DNA of 64,000 bases from a virus (IMGVR_UViG_3300028909_000017:1-64000); one strand, 5' to 3'; counted from the first letter of the stretch, positions 46,673 through 57,570 are shown. Numbers and translations are program-made. Notes: generated from the letters alone by a model not told the origin.

Positions 46673-48085
46673 ATGTTGAAAAAAATTTTATTTCTAACTT
46701 TTTTGTTATTTCCATTACTTGCCAGTTCTCAAACGGTTGCTGGAATACATAATGGTGGAACCGGAGCATCAACTGCTAATGGAGCAATGACTAATTTGGG
46801 AATGTCTCAGAGTGGAACAATCGGAACAGGATCCCAACACGATTCACTTTCAGGAACTCTTAATGTAGCTGGTACTATTATGTCGGGGACTTTACCAATT
46901 TATTCTGTACATATTGGACCATTGGGAATAATGACTTCATCTTGGAATTTTGACACAACTACGGCAGCATCGGCTTGCGCAAGTCTGGGAGCATGTGCGG
47001 GGGGAACAGTTACCTCCTTTACTGCATCTTCAGGCACTTGGCCGACATGGCTAGTTCCCACGATAACTAATTCAACTTCTGCTCCGGCTCTTTCGGTAGT
47101 CGCATCATCCATTCCTAATAGTGCTTTATTGAATCCTTCCACAACTGTGAACGGACAAACTTGTACATTAGGTGGAAATTGTACTATAAGTACAGGATCA
47201 GGCACAGTAACAATTTTTGGGGCGACAACGGGAAATTGGCCTTCTTGGTTGGTTCCATCTGTAACAAACCCTAATACGACTCCTTATTTATCAGTATCTG
47301 CTAGCGCAATTCCTAATAGTGCATTGGCTAACTCTTCAACTACAGTTAATGGGCAGAACTGCGTACTTGGCAGCAATTGTACAATAAGTATCGGATCAGG
47401 AACAATTACGGGTGTAAGTGCCGGAACCGGCCTTTCTGGTGGAGGAACAAGCGGTAACGTAACATTAACAAACTCCTCTCCAATGGTTTTTCCGGGATTG
47501 GCTGGTATTCCAAACTTTAATGGATCGGGATGGGGAACAAGTTATAGCACTTCGGGTAGCGGAACTGTTGTGGCTTTAGCAAATAATACTGCATTAACTG
47601 GAACTCCAACTGCACCAACACAACCATGCTTGCCTAATACCAATATTGCAACAACTGCATATGTTTCGAATTGCCCGACAGGAGCTGGTCAATCGGCCTT
47701 GAGTGCTCAGAGTGTTCGGCCGCTTTGCGACACTGTTACAGTCTCCGCTGTGACGGAAGTCGATTACACCGTGACCGGCGCGATCACGCTCTACGCCAAT
47801 GCCAGCTACTCGACTATCGCCGCAGGCATCACCGCGGCCGCCCAGAATCTTGCGCTTACACTTGCGGCAAACATCGAGCAGGACATAGTCCTGAGTCAGT
47901 GGCAATCAGCTCTCAGCGTGTCTGGCGTCTACGATATGCAACTGCCGCTAGCTGCGAACATCGGCGGTACACCACTCACCCCAACTTCTGACGGCAGTTT
48001 CTTGCTCACGGCGGGACAATGGGCAAACTGCACAGGCATCAACCTCACAATCGTTATGGGCACAACGAACCAACCAGTAAACTAG
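46673..48085 (+). CDS. Chimeric fibre-like protein: signal peptide, two ~66-aa repeats, LTGTPTAPT motif, P2 gpJ-like C-terminus
   Basis: MLKKILFLTFLLFPLLASSQ; VRPLCDTVTV...QDIVLSQ...LSVSGVYD resembles the baseplate J C-terminus and is GC-rich. Confidence 0.6.
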   Translation: MLKKILFLTFLLFPLLASSQTVAGIHNGGTGASTANGAMTNLGMSQSGTIGTGSQHDSLSGTLNVAGTIMSGTLPIYSVHIGPLGIMTSSWNFDTTTAASACASLGACAGGTVTSFTASSGTWPTWLVPTITNSTSAPALSVVASSIPNSALLNPSTTVNGQTCTLGGNCTISTGSGTVTIFGATTGNWPSWLVPSVTNPNTTPYLSVSASAIPNSALANSSTTVNGQNCVLGSNCTISIGSGTITGVSAGTGLSGGGTSGNVTLTNSSPMVFPGLAGIPNFNGSGWGTSYSTSGSGTVVALANNTALTGTPTAPTQPCLPNTNIATTAYVSNCPTGAGQSALSAQSVRPLCDTVTVSAVTEVDYTVTGAITLYANASYSTIAAGITAAAQNLALTLAANIEQDIVLSQWQSALSVSGVYDMQLPLAANIGGTPLTPTSDGSFLLTAGQWANCTGINLTIVMGTTNQPVN

Positions 48086-50720
48086 TCCACAAGGAGACTT
48101 CAGAATGAAACGACTCGCCGCACTGCTTTTCCTAATCAGTTCCACGCTTATGTTTGCGCAGACGCAGATTGACCCGACTTATCAGATTAAATGGAATTTT
48201 CTTTCTGGTTCTGGCGCGCCTTCGATCAGTTGCACGCAGAATGGCAACTACACCGTCTACCCCTATGGCGCAGAGTGGGGACAATCTTATCAGGACACGA
48301 CGAATAATGTCGAGTACAAGTGTACGACCTCTGGGTGGGTAAAAAATCTTCCCGCAACTGGTGGCACGATTAACGGTGACATCCAGGTTACAGGTGCCGT
48401 CGTGGCTGGCGCTTCGGGCACTACCGTCTTAGCCGATGGAACACTGTGGAGCACAGGCAAAGCATATCTTCATACATGGCAGGGCAAGACAGGTTTGGTC
48501 GGGTCTGGTGCCGGTGTTGGCGGGGTTATCAGCTTTGGGATGTTAGGGGATTCATGGGTCCAGAATGGTTCTACTCGCTGGCCTCTTGCGGGGATTCTTC
48601 AGGGCACGTTTAACACAGCGGGCATCGGGTATGTGGCGTTCGACACGGCCTCGCGCGATACCGGCATCGCTATGACCACGCTCGGAACGTGGACAGAATG
48701 CGGTACTGGGTCTGCCTGTTATGGTCCGAGTGCGTCTCATGTTACTAGCTCCGATGTGGCGACCCCGGCAAGCAAATCATTTTCAGCTACCGCGCAGACT
48801 ATCGTTATCCACTATTTGCAGCAACCGGGCGGCGGCTCTTTCGGGTATCAAACCGATGGCGGTAGTTTTACGACGGTCAACACGGCCAATGCAACTTTAG
48901 CCTACGGGACGGTGACGATTTCAGGCTTATCTTTGGCGTCTCATACGCTCAATATTGTGATTACCAGCGCGGGCACGGCGGGAGTTATTCTCATGGGGGC
49001 CGATTGCCAGATCAACGCCTACCGGGGTATTCGCGTCCATAACCTTGGACACTCAGGGGCGCAGGTTGCCGATTTCCTTCGCGTTCCGCCGGCGATGTTC
49101 GAGGCTGGATTGACTGCGCTTGGGCTGGACATAATGACGATGACACTCGCCACCAATGACCAAGCTGCAAGCGTCCTTCCGGCCACGTATGGTGCTGGCC
49201 TGGGTACATTGATTACAGAGGCTCGCGCCGCCATTCCAACGCTTGACGTAATGCTGACTCCTTCAGTGGATAACGGGCGTACCACAAATACCTATCCAAT
49301 GAGTCAATACGTATTGGCTGCGCAGACTACGGCGCTAGCAAACAACACGGCATTTGTAAACGCGCTGAAGATCTTCCCGTCTTACGCTCAATCAGCGGCT
49401 TTAGGTCTCCAGAATGGTCTCATTCATTTGAATGCTGGTGGGGGTACTTCATTTGCCCGCGCTGTTGCCGGCGTTTTAATGGACTCCGTAGGAATGGGTG
49501 GACCGGCGCTGTACTACCCAGCAGGAAGCAATTATATGCACTCCCTGTCTAGTCCGTTCACCGGGTATTACATCAATGAGCCAACATCGGGCGCAAGTGG
49601 AAGCGGTGGGACATTTTCATCGCTACTTAACGATGGGGGCGGCAACGGGGGCACCACCACCCTGAAAACTACCTATGCCAATATCCTGATAAACGCAGGA
49701 CAATCCGGCTCATTGCGAAAGATTGATATTACGAGCGCTGGAATCGGTGAGCATATAAACACATCGGGGTTTGCGAAGTTTGATGTGGGGATTGGAGTGG
49801 TTGAACCGACAAGCTCAGGGGGAGGGGGATATACGGGTTTTACAAATGATGGGGGCAGCAACGGGGGCACCACCACTTTGAGCACAGCCTATGCCAATTT
49901 GGTTTTGAATGCCGGTGGTAGCACTAGGACAGTCGCTCTCACTACGAATGGCGTAGGGCTACACCTCGCGTCGGGTGGCAATGCTTCAAGCGACAACCAG
50001 TTTACTGCGCCTGCGTTTTGTTGGACTGGCACAGGTGGTCCATGCGCTACCTATACGCCAACCGGCACCGTATGGGCGCTAAATGCTCCGTCCGCGAATA
50101 TCACAATACAGGCGGGAACAAGTGGGCAGCCGCGCACCTTGAGCCTCTTTGGATCAAACGGCACAGGTATCACGATTTCAAGCACGGGTCTGACCACGAT
50201 GTCTGTACCCGCTGTAACTCCGCTTTCGAGCCCCGCATCTTCGTCGGCGACATGCACGGCGGGTCAGATGTGGGCGGATGCAACCTATTTTTACGTTTGC
50301 ACAGCTACCAGCACGATCAAGCGTGCTGCACTGACAACGTTCTAGGCACCGCTAAACCGGCTACAGTTTCAAAGGAGAAGTATGAAGAAAATCGCCTTGC
50401 TTTTGTTTATTCTCGCAGCGTGCATAGTCGCTCGGGGGCAAGCTATCACGCTGCCCGGTTTCACAACTCGATCTCTCTCGCCGGCTACGTATTGGGTGGC
50501 AACAAACATCAGTGTCGATCCAGCGCATCAATCTATCAGTTACACGACGCAAGGATACGCAAACCAGGCCACCTCTTCTAGGGCGTGTAAAGCAACTGGA
50601 AATGGCAACCACGGCAACCACGGTGGCGGACATCGCAGTAAGTGACATTTACACCTATCTGCCGAAGGTGCCCGCGCCTGCTGCAATAACTAATTTGGGC
50701 GGCCAGCTTCTCGGTCCACC
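47690..50720. other. GC-rich horizontally acquired island
   Basis: Abrupt shift from AT-rich DNA to roughly 50-55% GC codon usage and back; boundaries approximate. Confidence 0.75.
48105..50345 (+). CDS. Signal-peptide fibre/adhesin-like protein with SGNH esterase domain
   Basis: LGDSW, NLGHSG, LATND, IHLN SGNH blocks; ends WADATYFYVC...KRAALTTF. Confidence 0.7.
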   Translation: MKRLAALLFLISSTLMFAQTQIDPTYQIKWNFLSGSGAPSISCTQNGNYTVYPYGAEWGQSYQDTTNNVEYKCTTSGWVKNLPATGGTINGDIQVTGAVVAGASGTTVLADGTLWSTGKAYLHTWQGKTGLVGSGAGVGGVISFGMLGDSWVQNGSTRWPLAGILQGTFNTAGIGYVAFDTASRDTGIAMTTLGTWTECGTGSACYGPSASHVTSSDVATPASKSFSATAQTIVIHYLQQPGGGSFGYQTDGGSFTTVNTANATLAYGTVTISGLSLASHTLNIVITSAGTAGVILMGADCQINAYRGIRVHNLGHSGAQVADFLRVPPAMFEAGLTALGLDIMTMTLATNDQAASVLPATYGAGLGTLITEARAAIPTLDVMLTPSVDNGRTTNTYPMSQYVLAAQTTALANNTAFVNALKIFPSYAQSAALGLQNGLIHLNAGGGTSFARAVAGVLMDSVGMGGPALYYPAGSNYMHSLSSPFTGYYINEPTSGASGSGGTFSSLLNDGGGNGGTTTLKTTYANILINAGQSGSLRKIDITSAGIGEHINTSGFAKFDVGIGVVEPTSSGGGGYTGFTNDGGSNGGTTTLSTAYANLVLNAGGSTRTVALTTNGVGLHLASGGNASSDNQFTAPAFCWTGTGGPCATYTPTGTVWALNAPSANITIQAGTSGQPRTLSLFGSNGTGITISSTGLTTMSVPAVTPLSSPASSSATCTAGQMWADATYFYVCTATSTIKRAALTTF

Positions 50721-50985
50721 TGTTGCGGGAGTAAATGCACTCGGAGATTCTATATGTAATAATACCGGATCGACAGTCAATTCACTTTCGTTTGTATCCC
50801 TTTTCATGAATCAGGTGGGTGGTACACTTAATAATTTATGTGTAAGTGGTCAGTACATTCAAGATGAGCCGATTGACCTTTTCAATTCGGGGATATTTCC
50901 GACAGTCGCAAATAATCCCATTGAATTGGAAGAAGGTGGAAAGAATGATGTCGTTCATATTAAGCAAGTAAAAGAATATTGTTGA
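50382..50985 (+). pseudogene. Broken signal-peptide protein joined to a truncated SGNH domain
   Basis: MKKIALLLFILAACIVARGQ in one frame; ALGDSI...N.CVSG...GKND in another, ending prematurely. Confidence 0.5.
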
Positions 50986-51013
50986 TAAATAATATCAATA
51001 AGAGGAGAAAATA

Positions 51014-51649
51014 ATGGTTTTAAAAATGAAATATTTTACCAACGAGTGTTTAGCAGGATTACTTATGTGCATTTTAATGTTGTCGGCTTCATTTATGACA
51101 ATTGGATGTACAACTGCTCAAATTACCAATGTCGAAACAATAATTACAACAGATTTACCAACAATTATTTCTGGTGTAACTTCAATTCTATCACTTATTT
51201 CTGCACTATCAGCAACGTCAGGAACTAGTAATTCAACTACTTCACTGTCGGCCATAATTGCAGAAATTCAAGCTAAAGGTTCAAATGTGGAAACAATTCT
51301 CGCTAATTATAAAGCTGGAACCTCAACATGGGCTGACGTGATTGCTGCCGTTGATGCATTATATGTATCATCTTCCGCCACAATTGATTTAAGCGGAATT
51401 AAAAATTCTTCTTCACAAGCTCAGGCTAAAATTTGGCTGGCTGCAATTGACCTTGCAGTTAATACAATATATACCGCAGTTTTAACAACCCAAAACACTT
51501 CAACAGTTAAAACAAAATTAGCAGCACACAAAGATACTCTTCGTATGCAGGTATCTCAATGGACGCCGGAGCAAAAGCAGGAATTTGTTTCACAACTTAA
51601 ACCAGTAACCGGACTTACTACATTTGCACAGTACCAAGCGGCAATGTAA
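51014..51649 (+). CDS. Putative lipoprotein, late
   Basis: Hydrophobic stretch ending in lipobox-like TIGC; GAGGAG RBS; TAAATA upstream. Confidence 0.65.
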   Translation: MVLKMKYFTNECLAGLLMCILMLSASFMTIGCTTAQITNVETIITTDLPTIISGVTSILSLISALSATSGTSNSTTSLSAIIAEIQAKGSNVETILANYKAGTSTWADVIAAVDALYVSSSATIDLSGIKNSSSQAQAKIWLAAIDLAVNTIYTAVLTTQNTSTVKTKLAAHKDTLRMQVSQWTPEQKQEFVSQLKPVTGLTTFAQYQAAM

Positions 51650-51670
51650 TTTTTAATAGTTTAAATCCAT

Positions 51671-51717
51671 TAAGCTATTAAAATGGGCTGATATGTTTAA
51701 TCATATCAGCCCATTTA
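51671..51717. terminator. Terminator hairpin
   Basis: AAATGGGCTGATATG-tttaat-CATATCAGCCCATTT. Confidence 0.65.
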
Positions 51718-51794
51718 TCGTTTCTATTTAATTTTTAAATACATAATTATATATTTTATGTTCGCGGTCAAAATATTTTCTTTTGACATGGAAA

Positions 51795-52010
51795 TTATGG
51801 CCGCTCTTCATCATTATCAATTATCACCGTTACATTATTTTTGCAATGCCATGTTTGCCATCCATACGAGATAATTTCTTTTCCTTCACTATCAACCATT
51901 ATTTCATTTTGACTAAATGAACCAGCCATTTTAACACAGTTATGCTCTGGATTACGAACATATTTTGCTTTCGATGAAATACATCCAGATATAAATAATA
52001 TCATAAGCAT
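51795..52010 (-). CDS. Small putative lipoprotein
   Basis: LFISGC lipobox-like. Confidence 0.45.
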   Translation of the reverse strand: MLMILFISGCISSKAKYVRNPEHNCVKMAGSFSQNEIMVDSEGKEIISYGWQTWHCKNNVTVIIDNDEERP

Positions 52011-52394
52011 GATAAGTTGTATTTTTTTATCATTTTCTACCTTTTATTAATTCCTTTTTCTTTTTTGACTAAAATAGATGTAAGAATATTTAGAATATGT
52101 TTTACCGTGGGCTCATCTGATTTGTTCGATAGATTGTCGACATCGTCAGTAGATGAAATTATATATGTAATATCCATTTCCAATTGTTGAATTTCGGCTA
52201 ACCGTTCTTTTGTGAATCCGGCGTCCGCTTCCTACGCATCTTCCAGAGTTTTATGTCCATAATGACCTTCCATAAACCCCTGAATAGTAATATGATACCC
52301 ATGATCTCGTTCTCCCCCAAAACGGAGAATTATAAGTCCAAGTTTCTCTTACAAATTTTTCAGCCGAAGACATTGTATTGAATTTTTCCATTAA

Positions 52395-52817
52395 TTATTC
52401 TTTCGAAATCTCTGAAATTACATAATTCTTGTAAACATCAACAACTTTACTTGGAATATTATATGCCGAAAGTGGATGATTTCGATTGCTGTCAACAACT
52501 ACACACCAATTACCATCGTGGCACCACGATTTAACTCTTTCCTCGGGAGATAAATTCTTGGAATTTCTTGCGGATATTATATTATTAAATAACATCCGAG
52601 CTACTTTTGGAATTGTTGGAGTTAATTCTATATATTTCCATTCTTCATCTGATAATTCATTAATTGGATATTGCAAATATTAAGCGGCCTTTTTGATCCC
52701 ATCTTTCCATGCTATTCGAATTTCATCTGGAGTATCTTCCCACCGTGAGTTACTGATGCAGTACGCCACTTCCGCCCCCAGTTTTAGTTGATTTTCTGTT
52801 AATGTTTTGTTTTGCAT
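52395..52817 (-). pseudogene. Hypothetical gene split by an in-frame TAA
   Basis: MQNKTL...IKKAA*YLQYPINEL; TAA at 52680-52682. Confidence 0.6.
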
Positions 52818-53016
52818 TATATCGTTTTCCTTAAAATTATTTAAGATTGGAATAGCCCTTTTCCAGCAAGATAATTATTCAAAAATTTTATTGATTCATT
52901 GATTCCCGCATTAAAACCTTGATTATATTCGTCTTTGGGACGTAGTGTCCGAATGGCTCCGATTTCTGTTTTAATTCCTTCTAAAACAGTTTTGGTTTCT
53001 TCATTGATTTCCATTA

Positions 53017-54108
53017 TTAATCCTCTCGAAATGTTTCAGTTGATTTGGGTTCAATTAATTTCCAGATGGTATTAGATACATCTTTCCCATCTAACAAACC
53101 AAATAAAATTGCTGAATAATATTTGTGATCTGATTGCAAGAAATATCTAGCAATGTCCTTACGTGTAGAGAATACTGGCATACGATCAAAAATTCGTTGT
53201 GCATCCGTTAGAATTGTGTAGTAATCACCATCTAATTGAGAATTCCATTTTCGTAGCCAGGTTATAAATCCTGACGGCATTTTAGGATCGGTTAGCCAAG
53301 ATGAAATTTCATCATCCTTGCTCTCTTTTTTCAATTCCCAAATGCTACGGGGATTTAATCCAGTTAAAATTCTATGGAGCTCGCAATAATTTTCGAATTT
53401 TAACTTTACTTTAAGACCATTGTCGAAAGTTGCGACATACCCTTCTTGGTTGGGAATATTTTCACTCATGCAGGTATTCAATAATTTTTTATGATCTTGC
53501 ACAAGTTTAAGATTCATTGCTTGACAATAGGATTTTAAATCTGAACGAGATAATTCTTTACCGGTTGAATTATTAATTGCCCCGATAACAATTAGTCCCT
53601 CAAAATCATATTCAACAACAATACGATTTTCGGGATAAATTATTTCGGTTAAAAGAGTATATTCTTTTAATAAATCAAGTCGGGGATAATTTTTTTGTAA
53701 CCAATTAGTTGCCCACAATGATTGATCGCTCGCAAATGATCCACGTGTTGCAACATAATTTTGATCTTCCCATTTATATAAAATTCCCAGAGAACCATCC
53801 ATTTTTGTCGTAATCGAAGAAATATTAGTGGGTAGATTTTTTTCTAAAGTTTCAGGATGCCGATCATCATTAATGTTCCAAAATTTTGGAAACGGCCTAG
53901 CGATAATTTCCATTGTTTCAGTATTAAAAATTAACCCTCGGCAGATGTTCATTTCCTGACCCCAAACCAAATCTTTATCATATTGAGCGGTTGGGGTATA
54001 ATTTAAAATTGCGAGAGGGAATGAAGAATGAAATTTCCTCGAAATTTGGCGAGAATTTATCAATGATTCAAGTATATCGATATCTAAGATTTCATTTAAT
54101 TTCGTCAT
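53017..54108 (-). CDS. rnlA: T4 Rnl1-like RNA ligase
   Basis: CRGLIF, RPFPKFWN, KMDGSLG, EIIYPENRIVV, EGYV, KVKLK. Confidence 0.9.
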   Translation of the reverse strand: MTKLNEILDIDILESLINSRQISRKFHSSFPLAILNYTPTAQYDKDLVWGQEMNICRGLIFNTETMEIIARPFPKFWNINDDRHPETLEKNLPTNISSITTKMDGSLGILYKWEDQNYVATRGSFASDQSLWATNWLQKNYPRLDLLKEYTLLTEIIYPENRIVVEYDFEGLIVIGAINNSTGKELSRSDLKSYCQAMNLKLVQDHKKLLNTCMSENIPNQEGYVATFDNGLKVKLKFENYCELHRILTGLNPRSIWELKKESKDDEISSWLTDPKMPSGFITWLRKWNSQLDGDYYTILTDAQRIFDRMPVFSTRKDIARYFLQSDHKYYSAILFGLLDGKDVSNTIWKLIEPKSTETFRED

Positions 54109-54234
54109 ACATATCTTCCTTTTTACATCCGTCTATCATGATTATACAAATTAATCCCATCATTATATTTGCTAATGTTGTCATTATATTCCTCCCAACG
54201 ATTATTATATGATACGAAACAGTTAATGTCAAAT

Positions 54235-54585
54235 TCATTCTTCTAATTTTTTTATTAATTCTTTGCTTTGTTCGATTTTGAAAAGTTCTACTGCCTTTAA
54301 CCCCCAATTCGGATCTTCCAACCATTCAATCGGCAATTTAAATTCATATCCACGCAAATAATTAATAATTATATAACTACTGTAAAATTTAATATCTATA
54401 ACGCCTATAACATCCGAGCCTTTTAAACGACTCCATATGTAACCTAAAGTTTTAAATCGAAGTTCTTGCCACTCCATATAAATTTGTGAAGCCCGATCTT
54501 CTATTGATTTCTTTCTTAGAAGAAAAGATCGATATGAACCTATAGTTGTTAGCTTATTCTGATAATTTTTCGATGAGAGCATCAT
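54235..54585 (-). CDS. Small paralog family member (W..PIEWL.D.NW)
   Basis: Ends ELIKKLEE; start uncertain. Confidence 0.55.
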   Translation of the reverse strand: MMLSSKNYQNKLTTIGSYRSFLLRKKSIEDRASQIYMEWQELRFKTLGYIWSRLKGSDVIGVIDIKFYSSYIIINYLRGYEFKLPIEWLEDPNWGLKAVELFKIEQSKELIKKLEE

Positions 54586-54880
54586 TTTGAATTTCCACTA
54601 GATAATTTTTTAGATTTAATTCCCAATTATTATCATTCAACCATTCAATAGGAATTGGAATTTCGTATGGAGTATTTCTATTAATCCAAACGTAACTTCC
54701 TATAATTATTGATGTTTTTACAGGCGTTATTTCATATGTAATTTCCTGCGCCCAACAAATTTTTCGAATTATTTCAAGATATATTTGCTGCCAACGAATA
54801 TATAATTGCTCGGCTTTACGCAAATCACGTTTATTTTTACGCCAAATACGTACATTAGAAATTAAGGTATCTAATATCAT
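54554..54880 (-). CDS. Small paralog family member (W..PIEWL.D.NW)
   Basis: MILDT start at 54880; ends ALIEKLSE. Confidence 0.6.
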   Translation of the reverse strand: MILDTLISNVRIWRKNKRDLRKAEQLYIRWQQIYLEIIRKICWAQEITYEITPVKTSIIIGSYVWINRNTPYEIPIPIEWLNDNNWELNLKNYLVEIQNDALIEKLSE

Positions 54881-54884
54881 TCTG

Positions 54885-55199
54885 CTAGTTTTTAACAAAT
54901 AATCGTTTTCTTTCACGCTCAAATCGTTTACGAAGCCAATCTTTCCAATTTGGATCACTTAAACAATGTTGCGGTATTTTAAGGGCTCCTTCTTTTCGGG
55001 CGTTAATGTAAACTTCTTTTTCATTATAGGTTATTGTGCGAATTGGAAAAATTGTTTTTTGGCTGTAATATCCTTTTCCTAAACCATGACCAACTTCTTC
55101 AAAACTGATTTTTTGCCAATCATTATAAATGATTTTTGAAATTTCTTTAATAATTTTATCATTTACAACTGTTTCTTGATAAGTTTTATCAGATATCAT
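54885..55199 (-). CDS. Small paralog family member; last codons probably frameshifted
   Basis: IP...LSDPNW; adding one A gives LFVKKLAE* with ATGA overlap. Confidence 0.6.
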   Translation of the reverse strand: MISDKTYQETVVNDKIIKEISKIIYNDWQKISFEEVGHGLGKGYYSQKTIFPIRTITYNEKEVYINARKEGALKIPQHCLSDPNWKDWLRKRFERERKRLFVKN

Positions 55200-56311
55200 T
55201 AAGATAAATCCTCTTCGGATGATTTATATTTCTGATTAAGCCATTTTAAATATAGCGGAAATCCACGTTTAGCAACTCTGGGAATTTCTGGAGCAATAAC
55301 AATTCCTTCTTTAATATGTAACTGCTTTCCAGATACTGTTTCCATACCGCCACTTAATTTTTCAAATACAGCGGGATCGAACGGTCCTCGATATAAAATA
55401 GGTACCCAATGTTGATTAATAAAATCATGCCCAAAATATTTTTCAACTTCATCAACCGAAAGTTCTCGACCATCAATTCTTAGTCGAAATAATTTAATAG
55501 TTGGAGATGTTTTCCCATAAGAAAAATTCTTTTGACACGGAATAACTTCCCCAATTAATTGTACATCGTGTTTGAATAAATAAAAATTCTCGGATTCAAC
55601 CCATTGGCATTGTATAAAATCAATTAATTTAGAATTTTCAAGTGCCTGCCAATATAAATTCTTTTCAGACCTTTCGATAATTTGATCTCTTGAATTAAAT
55701 CCTTTGCTTGAAACACCAATTTCCCCAGTTTTAGAAAAATAGGCATTTATTTGACTTCCATTAATTTTTTCCGAAACTATAACTTGCTCTTGTTTTCCAG
55801 TTGTGAATTCATCGGAAAACAGGCGGAATTGCTCGACATCGTGATGTGCTGCGGATGGTTCGAACTTAATTGAATCAAGGGAATTAATACTTCCTGCCAT
55901 ATTATAAGGAATTTGCGGTTCATATTTGTAAATATTAAGTTTTTCTGATAAGTCAATATTTAGAGGAATGTCATTAACCGAATCCCATTCAGGAACATTT
56001 TTCAGTACCCAATCAATAGGAATAGTAATTCCCTCGGAAAGTTCACCACGTAATCGAACCGATTTAACTCGATTTTTATCCGAACCAGAAAGATAACTAA
56101 TGCCTGTTTGGGAATTTACATATTCACTCTTAAGCGAATCCGGAAGAATAGCTCGTTCGGGAGCAAAGACAACTACATCCCCATTTTCATACTGTCCTTT
56201 TCCGACAACAAGTTGATGCATTCCAATTCGTCCAATTTGCATACGATCTGCATTCGGATGATCTAATAATTCAATTTTTGATCCAATAATTTCCCAAATA
56301 GCCATTTTCAT
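55199..56311 (-). CDS. RNA ligase, DRB0094/Rnl2-like with N-terminal OB-like domain
   Basis: HPNADR, VRLRGELSEG, SEKINGS, GEV, WVPILY.GPF, KEGIVI, LKW. Confidence 0.88.
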   Translation of the reverse strand: MKMAIWEIIGSKIELLDHPNADRMQIGRIGMHQLVVGKGQYENGDVVVFAPERAILPDSLKSEYVNSQTGISYLSGSDKNRVKSVRLRGELSEGITIPIDWVLKNVPEWDSVNDIPLNIDLSEKLNIYKYEPQIPYNMAGSINSLDSIKFEPSAAHHDVEQFRLFSDEFTTGKQEQVIVSEKINGSQINAYFSKTGEIGVSSKGFNSRDQIIERSEKNLYWQALENSKLIDFIQCQWVESENFYLFKHDVQLIGEVIPCQKNFSYGKTSPTIKLFRLRIDGRELSVDEVEKYFGHDFINQHWVPILYRGPFDPAVFEKLSGGMETVSGKQLHIKEGIVIAPEIPRVAKRGFPLYLKWLNQKYKSSEEDLS

Positions 56312-56339
56312 TTACTCCATACTTAAATTTTAACATGCT

Positions 56340-56612
56340 TTATTTTTGATGAGGCAAAGTTGTATTGACTTTATTTAAGAACTCCAATGCGTCATTTTTA
56401 TCATTTGTGCAGTATGCATCTCCATCGAAATGCCAGGTCCAATGTGATTCAACACAAATTCGAGTTTTTCCGAAATCACCATATGTTTTAAGATAGTAGT
56501 AATCGATATTTTTTGGCTCAAAAAATATTGTTACTATAAAAATTAATGCAATGGCAATTAACAAAAAATAGAATAATTTTTCAGTATCACTCCATTTCCA
56601 ATTTTTAAACAT
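56340..56612 (-). CDS. Small membrane protein
   Basis: N-terminal TM helix; AGGAG RBS. Confidence 0.6.
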   Translation of the reverse strand: MFKNWKWSDTEKLFYFLLIAIALIFIVTIFFEPKNIDYYYLKTYGDFGKTRICVESHWTWHFDGDAYCTNDKNDALEFLNKVNTTLPHQK

Positions 56613-56622
56613 TTATATCTCC

Positions 56623-57558
56623 TTAAAAATTTCCAATAGCTCCGCAAAATTCACAGGTTTTCTTTTGATCAATTCCTACATTTGGACAATTTAATGAATG
56701 ATGTGGAGTTCCTCTTACTGGAATACACATCAATCCATTTTTCCTCCAGCAATCAGCAATAACGCGATTTCGGTCGTCAATTGTAAATTTAATTTGATCT
56801 TTTGGAACCATACCCAGTAATTCATTAAGAATCTCTTCTTTGATAATAAAATCGGATCGATTGTCCCAACCGTGCCTCATGAAAATATGATGAAAAGGAA
56901 TATTGTTCCGATTCATCCAATTTATTGTGGAATCACCACAGGTCGAATGTCTGCCAGAAACAAAGAAAATTGTATGATCTTCATAAAGACTTTGCACCCA
57001 TTTAACAATTACTGGATAAATTTTATCTTTTCCAACATGCAATTCATCATAAGGACTACGAATTCCATCTGAATTAGAAACTGTTCCATCAATATCGACC
57101 AAAATAATTGGTCTATTAATATCAAATGGTAATCTTTTACTCAGTAAAAATTGACGGGAGATTACTGCTCGCCCGACGTGTGATTTTCCAACCCGAATAT
57201 TATCGTTACGAACACAATCATCGAAACTTGTAGTCATGCGATGAATTCGAAAATTTACATTGTTACCAGCAAAATTTTCCCACGTTTTAACCGTATTTGG
57301 ATTTAGATGTGTATTATCTAATAGAATTGACTTGCCCTCTTTAAGGGCATCCGCCGCTCTAGATCTTTCAACTTGCGCAACGAATCTTTCGAATTTAAAA
57401 CCTGATGGGGCAGTTGGATCATTAACTAATTCGGTTCTTAAATCATCTCGATTTAATCGAATATAATTTGAATTTTTATTGACAAAATCTTTGGCGAATG
57501 TAGATTTTCCACTGCCTGATTCACCAATTAAAAGTAAAATTTCTTGACTGTTTAACAT
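56623..57558 (-). CDS. pseT: Polynucleotide 5'-kinase / 3'-phosphatase (T4 Pnkp-like)
   Basis: GESGSGKST, NRDDLR, DNTHLN kinase; DIDGT, SGR, KEE, IDDR HAD phosphatase. Confidence 0.92.
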   Translation of the reverse strand: MLNSQEILLLIGESGSGKSTFAKDFVNKNSNYIRLNRDDLRTELVNDPTAPSGFKFERFVAQVERSRAADALKEGKSILLDNTHLNPNTVKTWENFAGNNVNFRIHRMTTSFDDCVRNDNIRVGKSHVGRAVISRQFLLSKRLPFDINRPIILVDIDGTVSNSDGIRSPYDELHVGKDKIYPVIVKWVQSLYEDHTIFFVSGRHSTCGDSTINWMNRNNIPFHHIFMRHGWDNRSDFIIKEEILNELLGMVPKDQIKFTIDDRNRVIADCWRKNGLMCIPVRGTPHHSLNCPNVGIDQKKTCEFCGAIGNF

Positions 57559-57570
57559 ACCGATTCCTTG

